A stretch of 64,000 nucleotides of DNA from Alphaproteobacteria bacterium (GTDB taxonomy: Bacteria; Pseudomonadota; Alphaproteobacteria; MPNO01; UBA830), in contig OZ219791.1 of the NCBI GenBank assembly GCA_964291215.2, positions 3,200,001-3,264,000 of the forward strand. Direction: 5' to 3'. Shown one piece after another: positions 1 through 9,829 of the stretch (positions are counted from its first letter, which is position 1; every line of letters starts with the position of its first letter). Position numbers and translations under genes: made by a program. The notes beneath the pieces were generated by a model. That model saw only the letters and a program-made list of their open reading frames with translations. It had not been told where the DNA came from and made no database searches.

Positions 1-325
1 CCGAAACACGGCGGCGGCTCGACCGCCGGGAAGCCGTCGCAGCCCCTGAGCGCCAATGGTGTCCGGCCGATTCCCGGACGCCGCCCACAACCCGAAAACA
101 ACCCGCCCACAACGCCGCCGGCGACGACCGCGGACGACCCCGAAGCCAGAGAACTCGGCACGCTGTGAAACCTCCGGACAACAGAAGACAGCAAAATTGA
201 ATGCAGTGTGGGAAACACCTGCGGTCCGGCGGGTTCCGCACGATCGTGCTGTGTTATGCTTGACGTAATCCGGATGTCGCCGCTAGGATGTGTGCCGTGC
301 GGTCGCAGCGGGAACATGAATTGTC

Positions 326-607
326 GTGATTGTCGGTTTCGCTGACAGGAAAACCGAGACATTTTACGAGGGCCGCCGGGTGGCGGCCTTCTCCGGCTTT
401 GCCTGCACAGCTTCGCGTAAGCTCGACCAGCTCGACGCCGCCACCGTGCTGGGCGACTTGGCGCGGCCCGGCAATCGGCTCAAGGCGCTCAAAGGTCGGC
501 GCAGGGGGCAATGGAGCATTCGCATCAACGGCCAGTGGCGGATCTGCTTCAAATGGCTCGAGGGTAGTTCCGGGCCGACCGAAGTTGAAATCGTCGACTA
601 CCATTGA
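326..607 (+). CDS. higB: HigB/RelE-family toxin (plasmid maintenance killer type)
   Basis: 93 aa, GTG start; motifs RKLDQLDAA, PGNRLKALKG, WSIRINGQWRICFKW, VEIVDYH typical of HigB; toxin-first gene order. Confidence 0.9.
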   Translation: MIVGFADRKTETFYEGRRVAAFSGFACTASRKLDQLDAATVLGDLARPGNRLKALKGRRRGQWSIRINGQWRICFKWLEGSSGPTEVEIVDYH

Positions 608-620
608 GAGGAGGCAGGAC

Positions 621-932
621 ATGCGCGAACCCATCCATCCCGGCGAGACGCTGCGTGAGGACCTTGACGCGCTTGGCATGAGCGCGGCGGAGTTGGCGCG
701 ACGCATCGAAGTTCCGGTAAATCGCATCACCGAGATTCTCAACGGCCGGCGATCAGTCACGGGCGATACCGCCCTGCGCCTGGGGCGCTTTTTCGGCACC
801 TCGGGCGAGTTCTGGCTCAATCTCCAAAAGCTCTACGAGCTGCGGAATGCGGAACAGAAGAACGGAGCGAAGATCGCCCGGCTGAAGCCGCTGGGACCGG
901 AATCGGATATCGAGCCGCATGCGCTCGCTTGA
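621..932 (+). CDS. higA: HigA antitoxin (XRE HTH)
   Basis: ATG at 621 after a GAGGAGG RBS; MREPIHPGETL, RITEILNGRRSVTGDTALRLGRFFGTSGEFWLNLQ is the HigA signature. Confidence 0.9.
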   Translation: MREPIHPGETLREDLDALGMSAAELARRIEVPVNRITEILNGRRSVTGDTALRLGRFFGTSGEFWLNLQKLYELRNAEQKNGAKIARLKPLGPESDIEPHALA

Positions 933-1001
933 ACCGCCCCCCAAACCGCCGGGTCGAGGAGTCGTGATACATTGGGACCCCGGGCCGTGACGGAAGGTCA
1001 G

Positions 1002-4000
1002 ATGAACCTCGACCTCGCAGGAAGGCCGAGCGCGCGTGCCATTCTCGACCGCATTCGCAAGGAAAGCCGCGATGAGGCCGAGAAGGGACGCTGGTTCGAA
1101 CAGTTGTTCATGCGGGTCGCGCTTCAGGAGCCGGAGTTCGAGATCGAGGGAATTTGGCGCTGGGCGGAGTGGCCCGAGCGCGAGGCATTGACCGGACTTG
1201 ACGGGCGCGACATCGGGATCGATCTGGTGGCGCGGCGCGCCTCGGGCGAGTGGGTTGCCATTCAGTGCAAGTGCTACGACGACCGGCACGTGCTCGGCAA
1301 GAGCGGGATCGACAAGTTTCTCGGCGGCTCGCAACAGCCGGTCTTCCGCCTGCGGTGGGTCGTGGCGACTTGCAGATGGGGGCCGAACGCGGAGCGTGCG
1401 ATCCAGAACGCCCATCCCGAAGTCAGGCAAATCGACTTCCGGCAGTATCTCGACATTCAGGTCGAGGAGCAGGATGCCGGGCGCCCGGTGCAGGAGCCAT
1501 GGCCGCTTCAGGCCGATGCGATCGAGGACGCGGCAACCGGGCTTGCCAACCACGACCGGGGCCGCCTCATCATGGCGTGCGGTACGGGCAAGACATTCAC
1601 CTCCCTTCGCATCGCCGAGCAGGTCGTCGAGGACGGACAACGGATCCTGTTTGCCGCCCCGACCATCGCGCTCGTCTCGCAGGCCCGGCGCGAATGGCTG
1701 CGGCAGACGACGCGCAAGCTTGCATGCATCGTCGTGTGTTCCGATCCAACGGCCGGTGGGCGCAGCGAGAACGAGGATATTCGGGTCTCAGAACTCGAAT
1801 GCCCGGTGACGACGGACCCCGGCGAGATCGCACGGTCGCTCGCCGGCAACGGCGCGACCAGTGTCGTGTTCTGCACCTACCATTCCCTGGGGCGAGTGAC
1901 CGAGGCTCAGGCGCTGCATGGCGCACCGGCGTTCGATCTCGCCATCGCCGACGAGGCGCACCGCACGACCGGAGCGGTTCTCGACGGACGCAAGTCCGGC
2001 AATGGCCGCAAGGTCGATTTCCAGGAGTTTCACGACGACGCGCGGCTAAAGTCTCGCAAGCGCCTCTACATGACGGCCACGCCGCGGCTCTACACCGAAC
2101 GCTCCAAGGACAAGCTCGCCGAACAAGGGGTCGCCGTTGTCGACATGGGCGACTACAAAGTCTACGGACCGCAACTTCATTGGCTGCCGTTCGCCAAGGC
2201 GGTGGACCACGGCATGCTCTCCGACTATCGGGTGATCGTCCTCGGCGTCGGCGAGGGGAGCGTGACGCCCGGCTTGCGGCGGCGCCTAGAAGGGATCGAC
2301 CAGTCGGCGAAGGGCAAGCAGGCACCGACCACCAACGACATGACGCGCGTGCTTGGCGTCTCGCTAGCCTTGAATGGCGTTACCGAAGGCAAGGCGCTGG
2401 AGCAGCCGGGCAAGCTCCCGCGCACGATGGCGTTTGCCAACAGCATTGCGCGTTCGAAGTGGTACGCGGAAGCGCTCATGGAGAGCGAAGTCCTGAGGGC
2501 CACCACCCGACGAATGCGGGATGGCCGGGCGATGAAGGTCGTTGCCCGGCACCTTGATGCGTCGTCCAGCGCGCTGCAACGCAATCAGGAACTTCGTACG
2601 CTGGCCCGTGCCGACGCGGACGGGGAATGCCGGGTGGTGTGCAACGTCAAGCTCTTTACCGAGGGCGTAGATGTGCCGTCGCTCGACGCCATTGCCTTCC
2701 TTGACCCCCGGGACAGTCAGGTCGATGTCGTGCAGGCGGTCGGGCGGGTGATGCGAAAGGCGCCGGGCAAGCGCTTCGGCTACATCATCATCCCGGTTGT
2801 CGTTGCACCGGACCAGGATGTCGTGGCCGCGCTCGAGCGGGGCACGGAGGGCTACAGGACGGTCGGGCGGGTGCTGCGAGCGCTCCAAGCTCACGACGGG
2901 CGCCTTGCGGAGTCCCCGGCCAATTTCATCAAGGTTTACGAACAGTCCGGCGCGACGGCACCGGGAGAATCGGCCGGCGGCCAGGTTCGAGAGACAGAAG
3001 GAGAGCACATCCAGCGTGAACTTGATCTGAAGGAGGCCGAGCAGGGGATTTACGCACATGTCGCCGCGGCGTCGGGGCTCGGCAAGCCCGGGCAGGTCGT
3101 CGCGGATGAGATTACCGACGCAGTCCGTCACGCCAGCACCGTGCTTCAGGACGAAGCGATGGAGGAACCGCTCGCGGCAGCGCTTGACCTCGTGCCCGAA
3201 GACGACGGCGGCGCGAAGGGGGTCTGCACGGTCGCCGCGCTCATGCTCTGCAACGCCTGCCTGCTGCAGCGCCGGCTGCGCGACGAACCGGAGATGAAGA
3301 CCATCGTGCGGCTTGACAAGGTTTCGGGGGCGAAGCATCCCGGAGAGGTTCTTGAAGTCGCGTGGGAGGCAATCCTCGAAAAGGACTATGTGCCGGTGTT
3401 CCGCCCCGCGCTCGCGGTGCTGGCCGTCTTGCGCGAATGCAAGGCCATCGACGACACCATCCGCATGCTTGCCGAGTGCGCCAATCGCGTCGCCGACTCG
3501 CTCAGCGATCTCGGCTACGACCACGCGGGACCGCTCTACCATCGCATCCTCGGCTCCGCGAAGAGCGACGGGGCGTTCTATACCAACAACCTGTCGGCGG
3601 TCATGCTGGCGCGTCTTGCCCTTGCCCGGGATCTGATCGACTGGTCCGATCCGCAGGCCGTGGGGAAACTCCGAATCGTCGATCCTGCGTGCGGGACCGG
3701 AACGTTGCTCATGGCCGCCCTCCAGACCATCAAGGCCCGGGTCTCCGAATCCGGGGAGATGAGCGACGAGGATCGAAACGCCTTGCACAGGCATCTCGTG
3801 GAGGATGTTCTCTGCGGTCTCGACATCAACCAGCACGGAATCCAGTTGGCCGCGTGCAACATGACCCTCGGCGCTCCGACTGTCGATTATGCGCGTATGA
3901 ACCTGATCACCATGCCTCACGGTCCACAGGCTGAGGGGCCGCCGAAGGCGGGATCGCTGGAGATACTGACGGCGGCAGAGGATTCCCGGGCAAACCTGCA

Positions 4001-5378
4001 ATCCATGATCGCGCCGTCCCGCTCTCTCGAAGGCCTGGATGCCGCCCAGGTCAACGAAAGCGCGGAGATCCGGTTTCCGTTGCGCAACCTCGACGCCGTG
4101 ATCATGAACGCGCCGTTCACCGCGAACGAGAACCGAAGCAGGAAATACGGCGTTGACGGTCGCAAGGCCATGCAGCGTCACGAGCTCGATGTGCAAGCGC
4201 ATCTTGCGCACACAGATCCGATGGCGGGCGCCGCCGTGACGGCAAACAGCATCCGGACATTTTTCACTCCCCTTGCGGATATGCTCGTCCGGAACGCCTC
4301 TGGCCTGCTTGCCATGGTTATTCCCACCACAGCTTGCACTGGCCCAAGCGGGACGGCGGAACGCCGCTTTCTTGCCGAGCGCTTCCAGATCGAAACCGTC
4401 GTGACCAGCCACGATCCGCGCCGACCCAACTTCAGCGAGAACACCGCGATTCATGAATCGTTGCTGATATGCCGTCGTCGGAACGAAGACGGCGCCGGCA
4501 AGGCTCAGCCTACCCGCTTCGTTGCGCTGCGCACCATGCCCGCAACGCCCGAGGAAGCGATCGAGGCCGCAGAAGCCATCGAAATGGGTGCTGTGAGCGA
4601 GTGGTTTACCGTTTACGAACAACCGGAGGCGCAGGTCCGGGCAGGAGACTGGCGGCCCTGCCAGTTTCTGGATCCGGAGCTGGTTGGCGCCGCCATGCGT
4701 CTCGAACGGGAGACATCGCTCGTGCCGCTGGGAAGCCAATATCGGCTGGGTCCGGCGGGGCGGCGGATTCGGGACGCGTTTCGTCCGGTTGAGAATGATG
4801 GCGACGGCTACCGCGTGTTCTGGGGACGCTCGAAGGATCTGCGGACGACGATGGAGGCGGTTCCGGAACAGGCGGTGACGGACAAGAAGCCGGCGCTCGC
4901 CGCCCGCTACCGGCAACAGGCCGGATACATCCTGCTGGCGGCGAAGTTCAACACGAATTCTGGCCGGCTTCTCGCGATCTTCAGCGACAATCTAGCGTTG
5001 GGATCGATGTGGGTGCCCATCCAGAATACGAACATAGAGGAAGCGAAGGCGCTGTGCGCATGGTGTAACAGCACTCTCGGTGTGCTGGGCTTCATGATGA
5101 GGCGAGGTGCGACGTTGATGAACCCGTCGTTCTCACAGGCCGAGCTTGCCACGTTGCCCGTTCCGGACTTCAGGACATCAAGCGCAGTTGCGCTTGCCGA
5201 AGCGTTCGAGCAGACCAAGAGTATGCCGGTCGAACCCTGGAAGAACGCGGCGGACGACGACCTGCGCGATGTCCTAGACCGGGCCGCCGCCGCCACGACG
5301 GGGATCGACCTTGCAACGATCCGGGACTGGCGAGCGCGGATCAGCCGAGAACCGACGGTTTCTAACGTATCCGCTTAA
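1002..5378 (+). CDS. Type ISP (single-polypeptide) restriction-modification enzyme: Mrr-like nuclease + SF2 helicase + N6-adenine MTase + specificity region
   Basis: N-terminal GIDLVA...AIQCKCY (Mrr-like PD-QxK); Walker A MACGTGKT, DEAH, MTATPR, QAVGRVMRK helicase motifs; MTase motif I DPACGTG and motif IV variant NAPF. Start uncertain (972, 987 or 1002). Confidence 0.85.
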   Translation: MNLDLAGRPSARAILDRIRKESRDEAEKGRWFEQLFMRVALQEPEFEIEGIWRWAEWPEREALTGLDGRDIGIDLVARRASGEWVAIQCKCYDDRHVLGKSGIDKFLGGSQQPVFRLRWVVATCRWGPNAERAIQNAHPEVRQIDFRQYLDIQVEEQDAGRPVQEPWPLQADAIEDAATGLANHDRGRLIMACGTGKTFTSLRIAEQVVEDGQRILFAAPTIALVSQARREWLRQTTRKLACIVVCSDPTAGGRSENEDIRVSELECPVTTDPGEIARSLAGNGATSVVFCTYHSLGRVTEAQALHGAPAFDLAIADEAHRTTGAVLDGRKSGNGRKVDFQEFHDDARLKSRKRLYMTATPRLYTERSKDKLAEQGVAVVDMGDYKVYGPQLHWLPFAKAVDHGMLSDYRVIVLGVGEGSVTPGLRRRLEGIDQSAKGKQAPTTNDMTRVLGVSLALNGVTEGKALEQPGKLPRTMAFANSIARSKWYAEALMESEVLRATTRRMRDGRAMKVVARHLDASSSALQRNQELRTLARADADGECRVVCNVKLFTEGVDVPSLDAIAFLDPRDSQVDVVQAVGRVMRKAPGKRFGYIIIPVVVAPDQDVVAALERGTEGYRTVGRVLRALQAHDGRLAESPANFIKVYEQSGATAPGESAGGQVRETEGEHIQRELDLKEAEQGIYAHVAAASGLGKPGQVVADEITDAVRHASTVLQDEAMEEPLAAALDLVPEDDGGAKGVCTVAALMLCNACLLQRRLRDEPEMKTIVRLDKVSGAKHPGEVLEVAWEAILEKDYVPVFRPALAVLAVLRECKAIDDTIRMLAECANRVADSLSDLGYDHAGPLYHRILGSAKSDGAFYTNNLSAVMLARLALARDLIDWSDPQAVGKLRIVDPACGTGTLLMAALQTIKARVSESGEMSDEDRNALHRHLVEDVLCGLDINQHGIQLAACNMTLGAPTVDYARMNLITMPHGPQAEGPPKAGSLEILTAAEDSRANLQSMIAPSRSLEGLDAAQVNESAEIRFPLRNLDAVIMNAPFTANENRSRKYGVDGRKAMQRHELDVQAHLAHTDPMAGAAVTANSIRTFFTPLADMLVRNASGLLAMVIPTTACTGPSGTAERRFLAERFQIETVVTSHDPRRPNFSENTAIHESLLICRRRNEDGAGKAQPTRFVALRTMPATPEEAIEAAEAIEMGAVSEWFTVYEQPEAQVRAGDWRPCQFLDPELVGAAMRLERETSLVPLGSQYRLGPAGRRIRDAFRPVENDGDGYRVFWGRSKDLRTTMEAVPEQAVTDKKPALAARYRQQAGYILLAAKFNTNSGRLLAIFSDNLALGSMWVPIQNTNIEEAKALCAWCNSTLGVLGFMMRRGATLMNPSFSQAELATLPVPDFRTSSAVALAEAFEQTKSMPVEPWKNAADDDLRDVLDRAAAATTGIDLATIRDWRARISREPTVSNVSA

Positions 5379-5393
5379 GGATACACAGGAGAT

Positions 5394-7496
5394 TTGAGCA
5401 TGCCAGTTGATTACTCAATGAGGATTTCTCGACTTACCGTCGACAAACTAGGCGTCAAGCTCTACGACAAAGTCTCAGCCGTCATCGCCGAACTCATCGC
5501 TAATGCTTACGATGCTGATGCCACCCACGTGACGGTTCAAGCACCGATGGGTGAGTTTCTAGCGACCCGGGCCGGCGGTGAAGTGGCGGACAAGGGTTTC
5601 GACATCGAAGTAACCGATGACGGCATAGGCATGACGCCTCAGCAGCTGCAGGACTTCTTTCTCGTCGTCGGAGCTGAGCGACGCAACGATAGCAGGCGAG
5701 GCGACCGTTCATCCCGCTTCCTTCGTAAGGTCATGGGCCGCAAGGGGGTCGGAAAGCTGGCGCCCTTCGGTATCTGCAAGACCATCGAGGTGATTAGTGC
5801 CGGCGGCGAGTACATCAACGGCAGTGGGGGCAACTCCGGTTCCACTGGCTACCTCACTTCCCACATCATCCTTGATTACGATGGCATTACGGCGCTCGGC
5901 GATGAGCCCGACGAACGCTACAAGCCGACCGTGGGAGACCGCGACGGAGACTACTCTCCGCGGTCGGAGACTCGTATCATCCTTAAGAACTTCAATTACC
6001 GAAGGGTTCCCGAGCGTGATGTCCTTGGCCGCCAACTAGCCCAGCGCTTCGGTATCCAATCGGCGGATTGGCAGATCCAGCTTCTGGACAACACGAAATC
6101 CACTCGGTCACCGATGACGATCGGCGCCTTTGAAATTCAGACAATGCCGAACACGAAGCTCACGTTTGGGCAAGACCGCACGGTGATCGGACCCGACGGC
6201 AACCCCGATTCAGGACTCGCCGCTGGCTTCTGCCACGAAGGCTCCTTTCGTTCCGTAACCGGGTGGATGGCGTACTCGAAGGATCCTTACAAGGACGAGC
6301 TCATGGCCGGGGTCAGAATTTACTGCCGCGGAAAAATTGCTGCCCAGACATCAATCTTCAACCAACGAGCCGGCTTTACCGGAGAGCACAATATCCGCTC
6401 CTATCTTGTCGGAGAACTCCATGCTGATTGGCTCGACGAGGACGATGACCTAATCCAAACTGATCGACGGGACATTCTCTGGTCGGACGAACTCGCCGTT
6501 GCCTTCCAAGCTTGGGGCCAAGGAATTGTCAAGCGGATCGGGACCCTGTCGCGGGATCCCATGCGGAAAGCGACTTTGCAATTGTTTCTTGAGACCGGCA
6601 ATGTCGAAGCCCGAATCCGGGACGCTTATCCGAACGAAGTGCAAGAGGATATTCGCAGTAGTGCTAAGCAGATTGCACAATCCTTCGGTCGCACGATTAG
6701 CCGCGGAGAGGTCGAAGATGAAAGTACTGTGAGCAGCCTGGTTGATTTGAGCATTACCCTCGCTCCCCATGTGACACTCAATAATAAAATGAAGGAAGCG
6801 GTCGCCAGTGCCGATACAACGCTCTCTGTCCTGACATCGCTCTTGCGTACTGCGCGGTTGGCCGAGTTATCGTCGTTCGGGAGAATTGCGGAGGATCGCC
6901 TCAAGGTCATTGGTCGTCTTGAGGTGCTGAAGGACACCGACGACACAGATGAGAACGACCTTCAGCAGTTGATCGCCGACGCCCCTTGGCTGATCAATCC
7001 CGAATGGGCACCGGTGACCGAAAACCAAACTTTCGCCAGTCTGCGCCGAGAGTTCGAGAAATACTACGAGGACAAGACCGGACAGTCCATTTCATTGACT
7101 AATTTCCAGGAGGCGGGCAAACGGCCGGACTTCGTTCTGTCCAATCAGGAAGGCACGGTGCAGATCATCGAGATCAAGAAACCGCACCACCGATTGTCGA
7201 ACCCTGAAATGGACAGGATCGTGACCTACTACGATAATATGGAAGCGTTTCTGAAGGAGCCCGGGCACGCAGAATTCCACAAGCACTTCGCTGATTTCCA
7301 CGTTACAATCGTGTGCGACCATCTCGGGTTAACCAATAGCCAGCGCGCTGCCTTTGATGGTTATATCGCCCGAGGGAAGCTGACTCACTTGGATTGGACA
7401 GCGTTCCTTCTGAAATCGGAACAGGTGCACCAGGACTTTCTGGGCGAGGCGCGTCGACAGCGTGCCGCCGAACCAGCGGTCTCCGAGGGCTGCTGA
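5394..7496 (+). CDS. GHKL (MORC/HATPase_c) ATPase with C-terminal PD-(D/E)xK nuclease-like domain
   Basis: ELIANAYDADA, DDGIGM, GRKGVGKLA GHKL boxes; C-terminal RPDF...IIEIKKP nuclease motif; directly upstream of a C5 MTase. Confidence 0.8.
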   Translation: MSMPVDYSMRISRLTVDKLGVKLYDKVSAVIAELIANAYDADATHVTVQAPMGEFLATRAGGEVADKGFDIEVTDDGIGMTPQQLQDFFLVVGAERRNDSRRGDRSSRFLRKVMGRKGVGKLAPFGICKTIEVISAGGEYINGSGGNSGSTGYLTSHIILDYDGITALGDEPDERYKPTVGDRDGDYSPRSETRIILKNFNYRRVPERDVLGRQLAQRFGIQSADWQIQLLDNTKSTRSPMTIGAFEIQTMPNTKLTFGQDRTVIGPDGNPDSGLAAGFCHEGSFRSVTGWMAYSKDPYKDELMAGVRIYCRGKIAAQTSIFNQRAGFTGEHNIRSYLVGELHADWLDEDDDLIQTDRRDILWSDELAVAFQAWGQGIVKRIGTLSRDPMRKATLQLFLETGNVEARIRDAYPNEVQEDIRSSAKQIAQSFGRTISRGEVEDESTVSSLVDLSITLAPHVTLNNKMKEAVASADTTLSVLTSLLRTARLAELSSFGRIAEDRLKVIGRLEVLKDTDDTDENDLQQLIADAPWLINPEWAPVTENQTFASLRREFEKYYEDKTGQSISLTNFQEAGKRPDFVLSNQEGTVQIIEIKKPHHRLSNPEMDRIVTYYDNMEAFLKEPGHAEFHKHFADFHVTIVCDHLGLTNSQRAAFDGYIARGKLTHLDWTAFLLKSEQVHQDFLGEARRQRAAEPAVSEGC

Positions 7497-7501
7497 CGAC
7501 C

Positions 7502-8602
7502 ATGGCTCCGACGGCGATCGATGTCTTTGCGGGCGCTGGGGGCCTGACGGTCGGCCTCAAACGCGCAGGGTTTCGCGTCGCCGCCGCCGTGGAGATCGAG
7601 CCCCATTCGTTCGCTACCTACAAAGCGAACCATCCCGAAGTGCGGTGCCTGAAGGAGGATATTGCGACCATTTCAGGTACCGCTTTATTGGAACTCGCGG
7701 GAACAGACCGGATCGATCTACTGGCCGGTTGTCCACCGTGCCAAGGCTTCACCAGCCTGACGGCAAAATACAGGGATAGGGAAGATCCTCGTAACGCACT
7801 CGTTCTGGAGATGACCCGCCTAGCCGAGGAAATTCGACCGCGGGCGATCATGATGGAGAATGTTCCCGGCTTGGCGCGTAAGGGGAGATCGCTGTACGGC
7901 CAAATGCAAGCGCGGCTCCAAGCGCTCGACTACCGACTGACGGAAGGGGTTCTGCAGGTTGCCGATTACGGTGTGCCACAGTTTCGGCGACGTTTCGTTT
8001 TGCTCGGCGGCCAAGGCTTCGAGATTGCCCTCCCCGATGCGACTCATTCCGGTGTGCCGACTAGCGACCTTGCGCCGTGGCGCACGGTACGTGACGCGAT
8101 CAAGAACATGCCAGCCCCCCTCACCTTGGCAGAGGCCAAGGCAATGGGACAGGTCGAGCGGTCCGATTGGCACATCGTTCGGAAGCTGTCACGCGAGAAT
8201 GTCGAGCGCATCAAAGTGGCGAAGGCAGGCGAGACATGGACGCACATTCCCGAGCATCTCCGGCCGGCCTGCCACCGCGGTGGCTATGTCGGGTTCACCA
8301 ATGTGTACGGGAGGATGGTTTGGGACCGTCCGTCGCCTACGATCACCGGCGGCTGCACCACTCTAAGCAAGGGCCGCTTCGGTCACCCAAATGCCGATCG
8401 GACGATCTCCGTACGGGAGGCCGCGCTTCTCCAGACCTTTCCTCGAGATTACCGCCTTGACACGCCCTTCATGGATCGTGTTTGCAACATGATAGGCAAC
8501 GCATTGCCATGCGACTTCGCGGAATCTCTTTCGCGACAATGTTTTGAGGAGCTTGACAGGCAGGCGACAAACATGTCTTCAGTTTTCGACTACGCAACCT
8601 GA
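7502..8602 (+). CDS. DNA cytosine-5 methyltransferase
   Basis: ATG at 7502; DVFAGAGG (motif I), GCPPCQGF (IV), ENV (VI), YGVPQFRRR (VIII), RTISVREAALLQTFP and IGNA (IX-X). The last codons lie inside the IS256 end. Confidence 0.93.
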   Translation: MAPTAIDVFAGAGGLTVGLKRAGFRVAAAVEIEPHSFATYKANHPEVRCLKEDIATISGTALLELAGTDRIDLLAGCPPCQGFTSLTAKYRDREDPRNALVLEMTRLAEEIRPRAIMMENVPGLARKGRSLYGQMQARLQALDYRLTEGVLQVADYGVPQFRRRFVLLGGQGFEIALPDATHSGVPTSDLAPWRTVRDAIKNMPAPLTLAEAKAMGQVERSDWHIVRKLSRENVERIKVAKAGETWTHIPEHLRPACHRGGYVGFTNVYGRMVWDRPSPTITGGCTTLSKGRFGHPNADRTISVREAALLQTFPRDYRLDTPFMDRVCNMIGNALPCDFAESLSRQCFEELDRQATNMSSVFDYAT

Positions 8603-9807
8603 TGTCTGGAAATTGTCGTGAAGCTCTCAGTCATCGAGCTGTTCCCATTTGATCTTGGTTTCGGTTTCCCATTTTTCGTCGATGAGGACCGCGGTTGAGA
8701 GGCGCTCCAACGAGGCGAGGTTCGGAAAGCCCCTGACTTTGGAGGTGCGCCGCTTGAGCTCTTGCTGGATCGGCCGCTCGATACCGTTCGAGGTTCGCAT
8801 GCGCTTGCGGTGAGCATCGGGCAAGGTGAAGACAGCGAGCCCCGCATTCTTTTCCAGCCAGGAAGCCTGGATGCTTGTCGTTGGCCACGAGGGCGCCCAG
8901 TTCAGCCTCGGCGGTTTGGAGTGAGGACGCATGGCTCCGAGCTGTTTTCCAATACGTTTCCTGATGTCATTGTTCGGTGCACGGCGTTTTGCGCAGGTGG
9001 AACTGGCAGCGCTGCCACATCGCCGCGCCCAGCACCGCGCGTCGTGCCGCTTTCAGCCCAGCATCCGAGACGATGAAGGTCGTACCATGCAGGGCTAGCA
9101 AGCTTTCCGGGAAGGCTCTCCAATGGACCTCGGCCTCGGAGAGCGCCACAGAGAGCCCCAGAACGTGCCTGCAGCCCCTATTCCGATGGCCGAGAGCACT
9201 GCAACATCGCGCACAACGCCGTCATGGCGGGCTTTTTCGTAGCGCGCATCCAGGTATTTCATCAGGGGCCGGTTGCGCGGCGAGTTCTTCATCGAGCAAC
9301 CTGGTGGCCCCCTGAGAAGAGGACAGGCTCCCGAACTCGCGCATTACATCTTGCCGCGTGGGAACACCCTTGATGTACATCTCGGCTACGGCGCGAGAAG
9401 ATCGCTGGCCGCGTTCAAGCGACTGGGGACGGATCGTCCCCGTGAGCGTTTGGCACCTGAACGGTAACAGTGGGGGTGTCGATCCGCTTGTAGCCGTTGG
9501 CATAGCCCTGTCGCTCCGGTGTCCGGTGGCCCGCTTTCAAGTACTGCTCGCGCTCGATTTGCATCGCAAGCTCGAAGAGCTGGCCAAAGACCCGCCCCAG
9601 ATCCGTTGCTCCGTTTGCGATCAGATGTTCCAAAACAGTCCCGATCGTCGTAGTGTGTCGCAGGTCCATTCGCTTCCTCCATGAATGTTTACAGCTCCAT
9701 GGGATAGTACGATGGCGCCGCGTTTCACTGGGGGGCTAGCCCCCCCCCAGTGAAACGCCTCAAAGCGCAAACCTCAGACAAATTTCCAGACATCAAGTTA
9801 CAGTACC
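8588..9807 (-). mobile_element. IS256-family element, copy 1 (transposase pseudogene)
   Basis: Imperfect 26-bp inverted ends (GGTACTGTAACTTGATGTCTGGAAAT / GACTACGCAACCTGATGTCTGGAAAT); fragments LDARYEK, ALSEAEVHWRAF, WQRCQFH, RTSNGIER in several frames; near-identical to 33713-36970. Confidence 0.88.
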
Positions 9808-9829
9808 CGGGGGACCCGGGGGGGGGGGG

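Noticed and set aside
1-325. 70-aa ORF at 56-268 and a possible element end
   Set aside because: No recognisable motif, and context is cut by the window edge.
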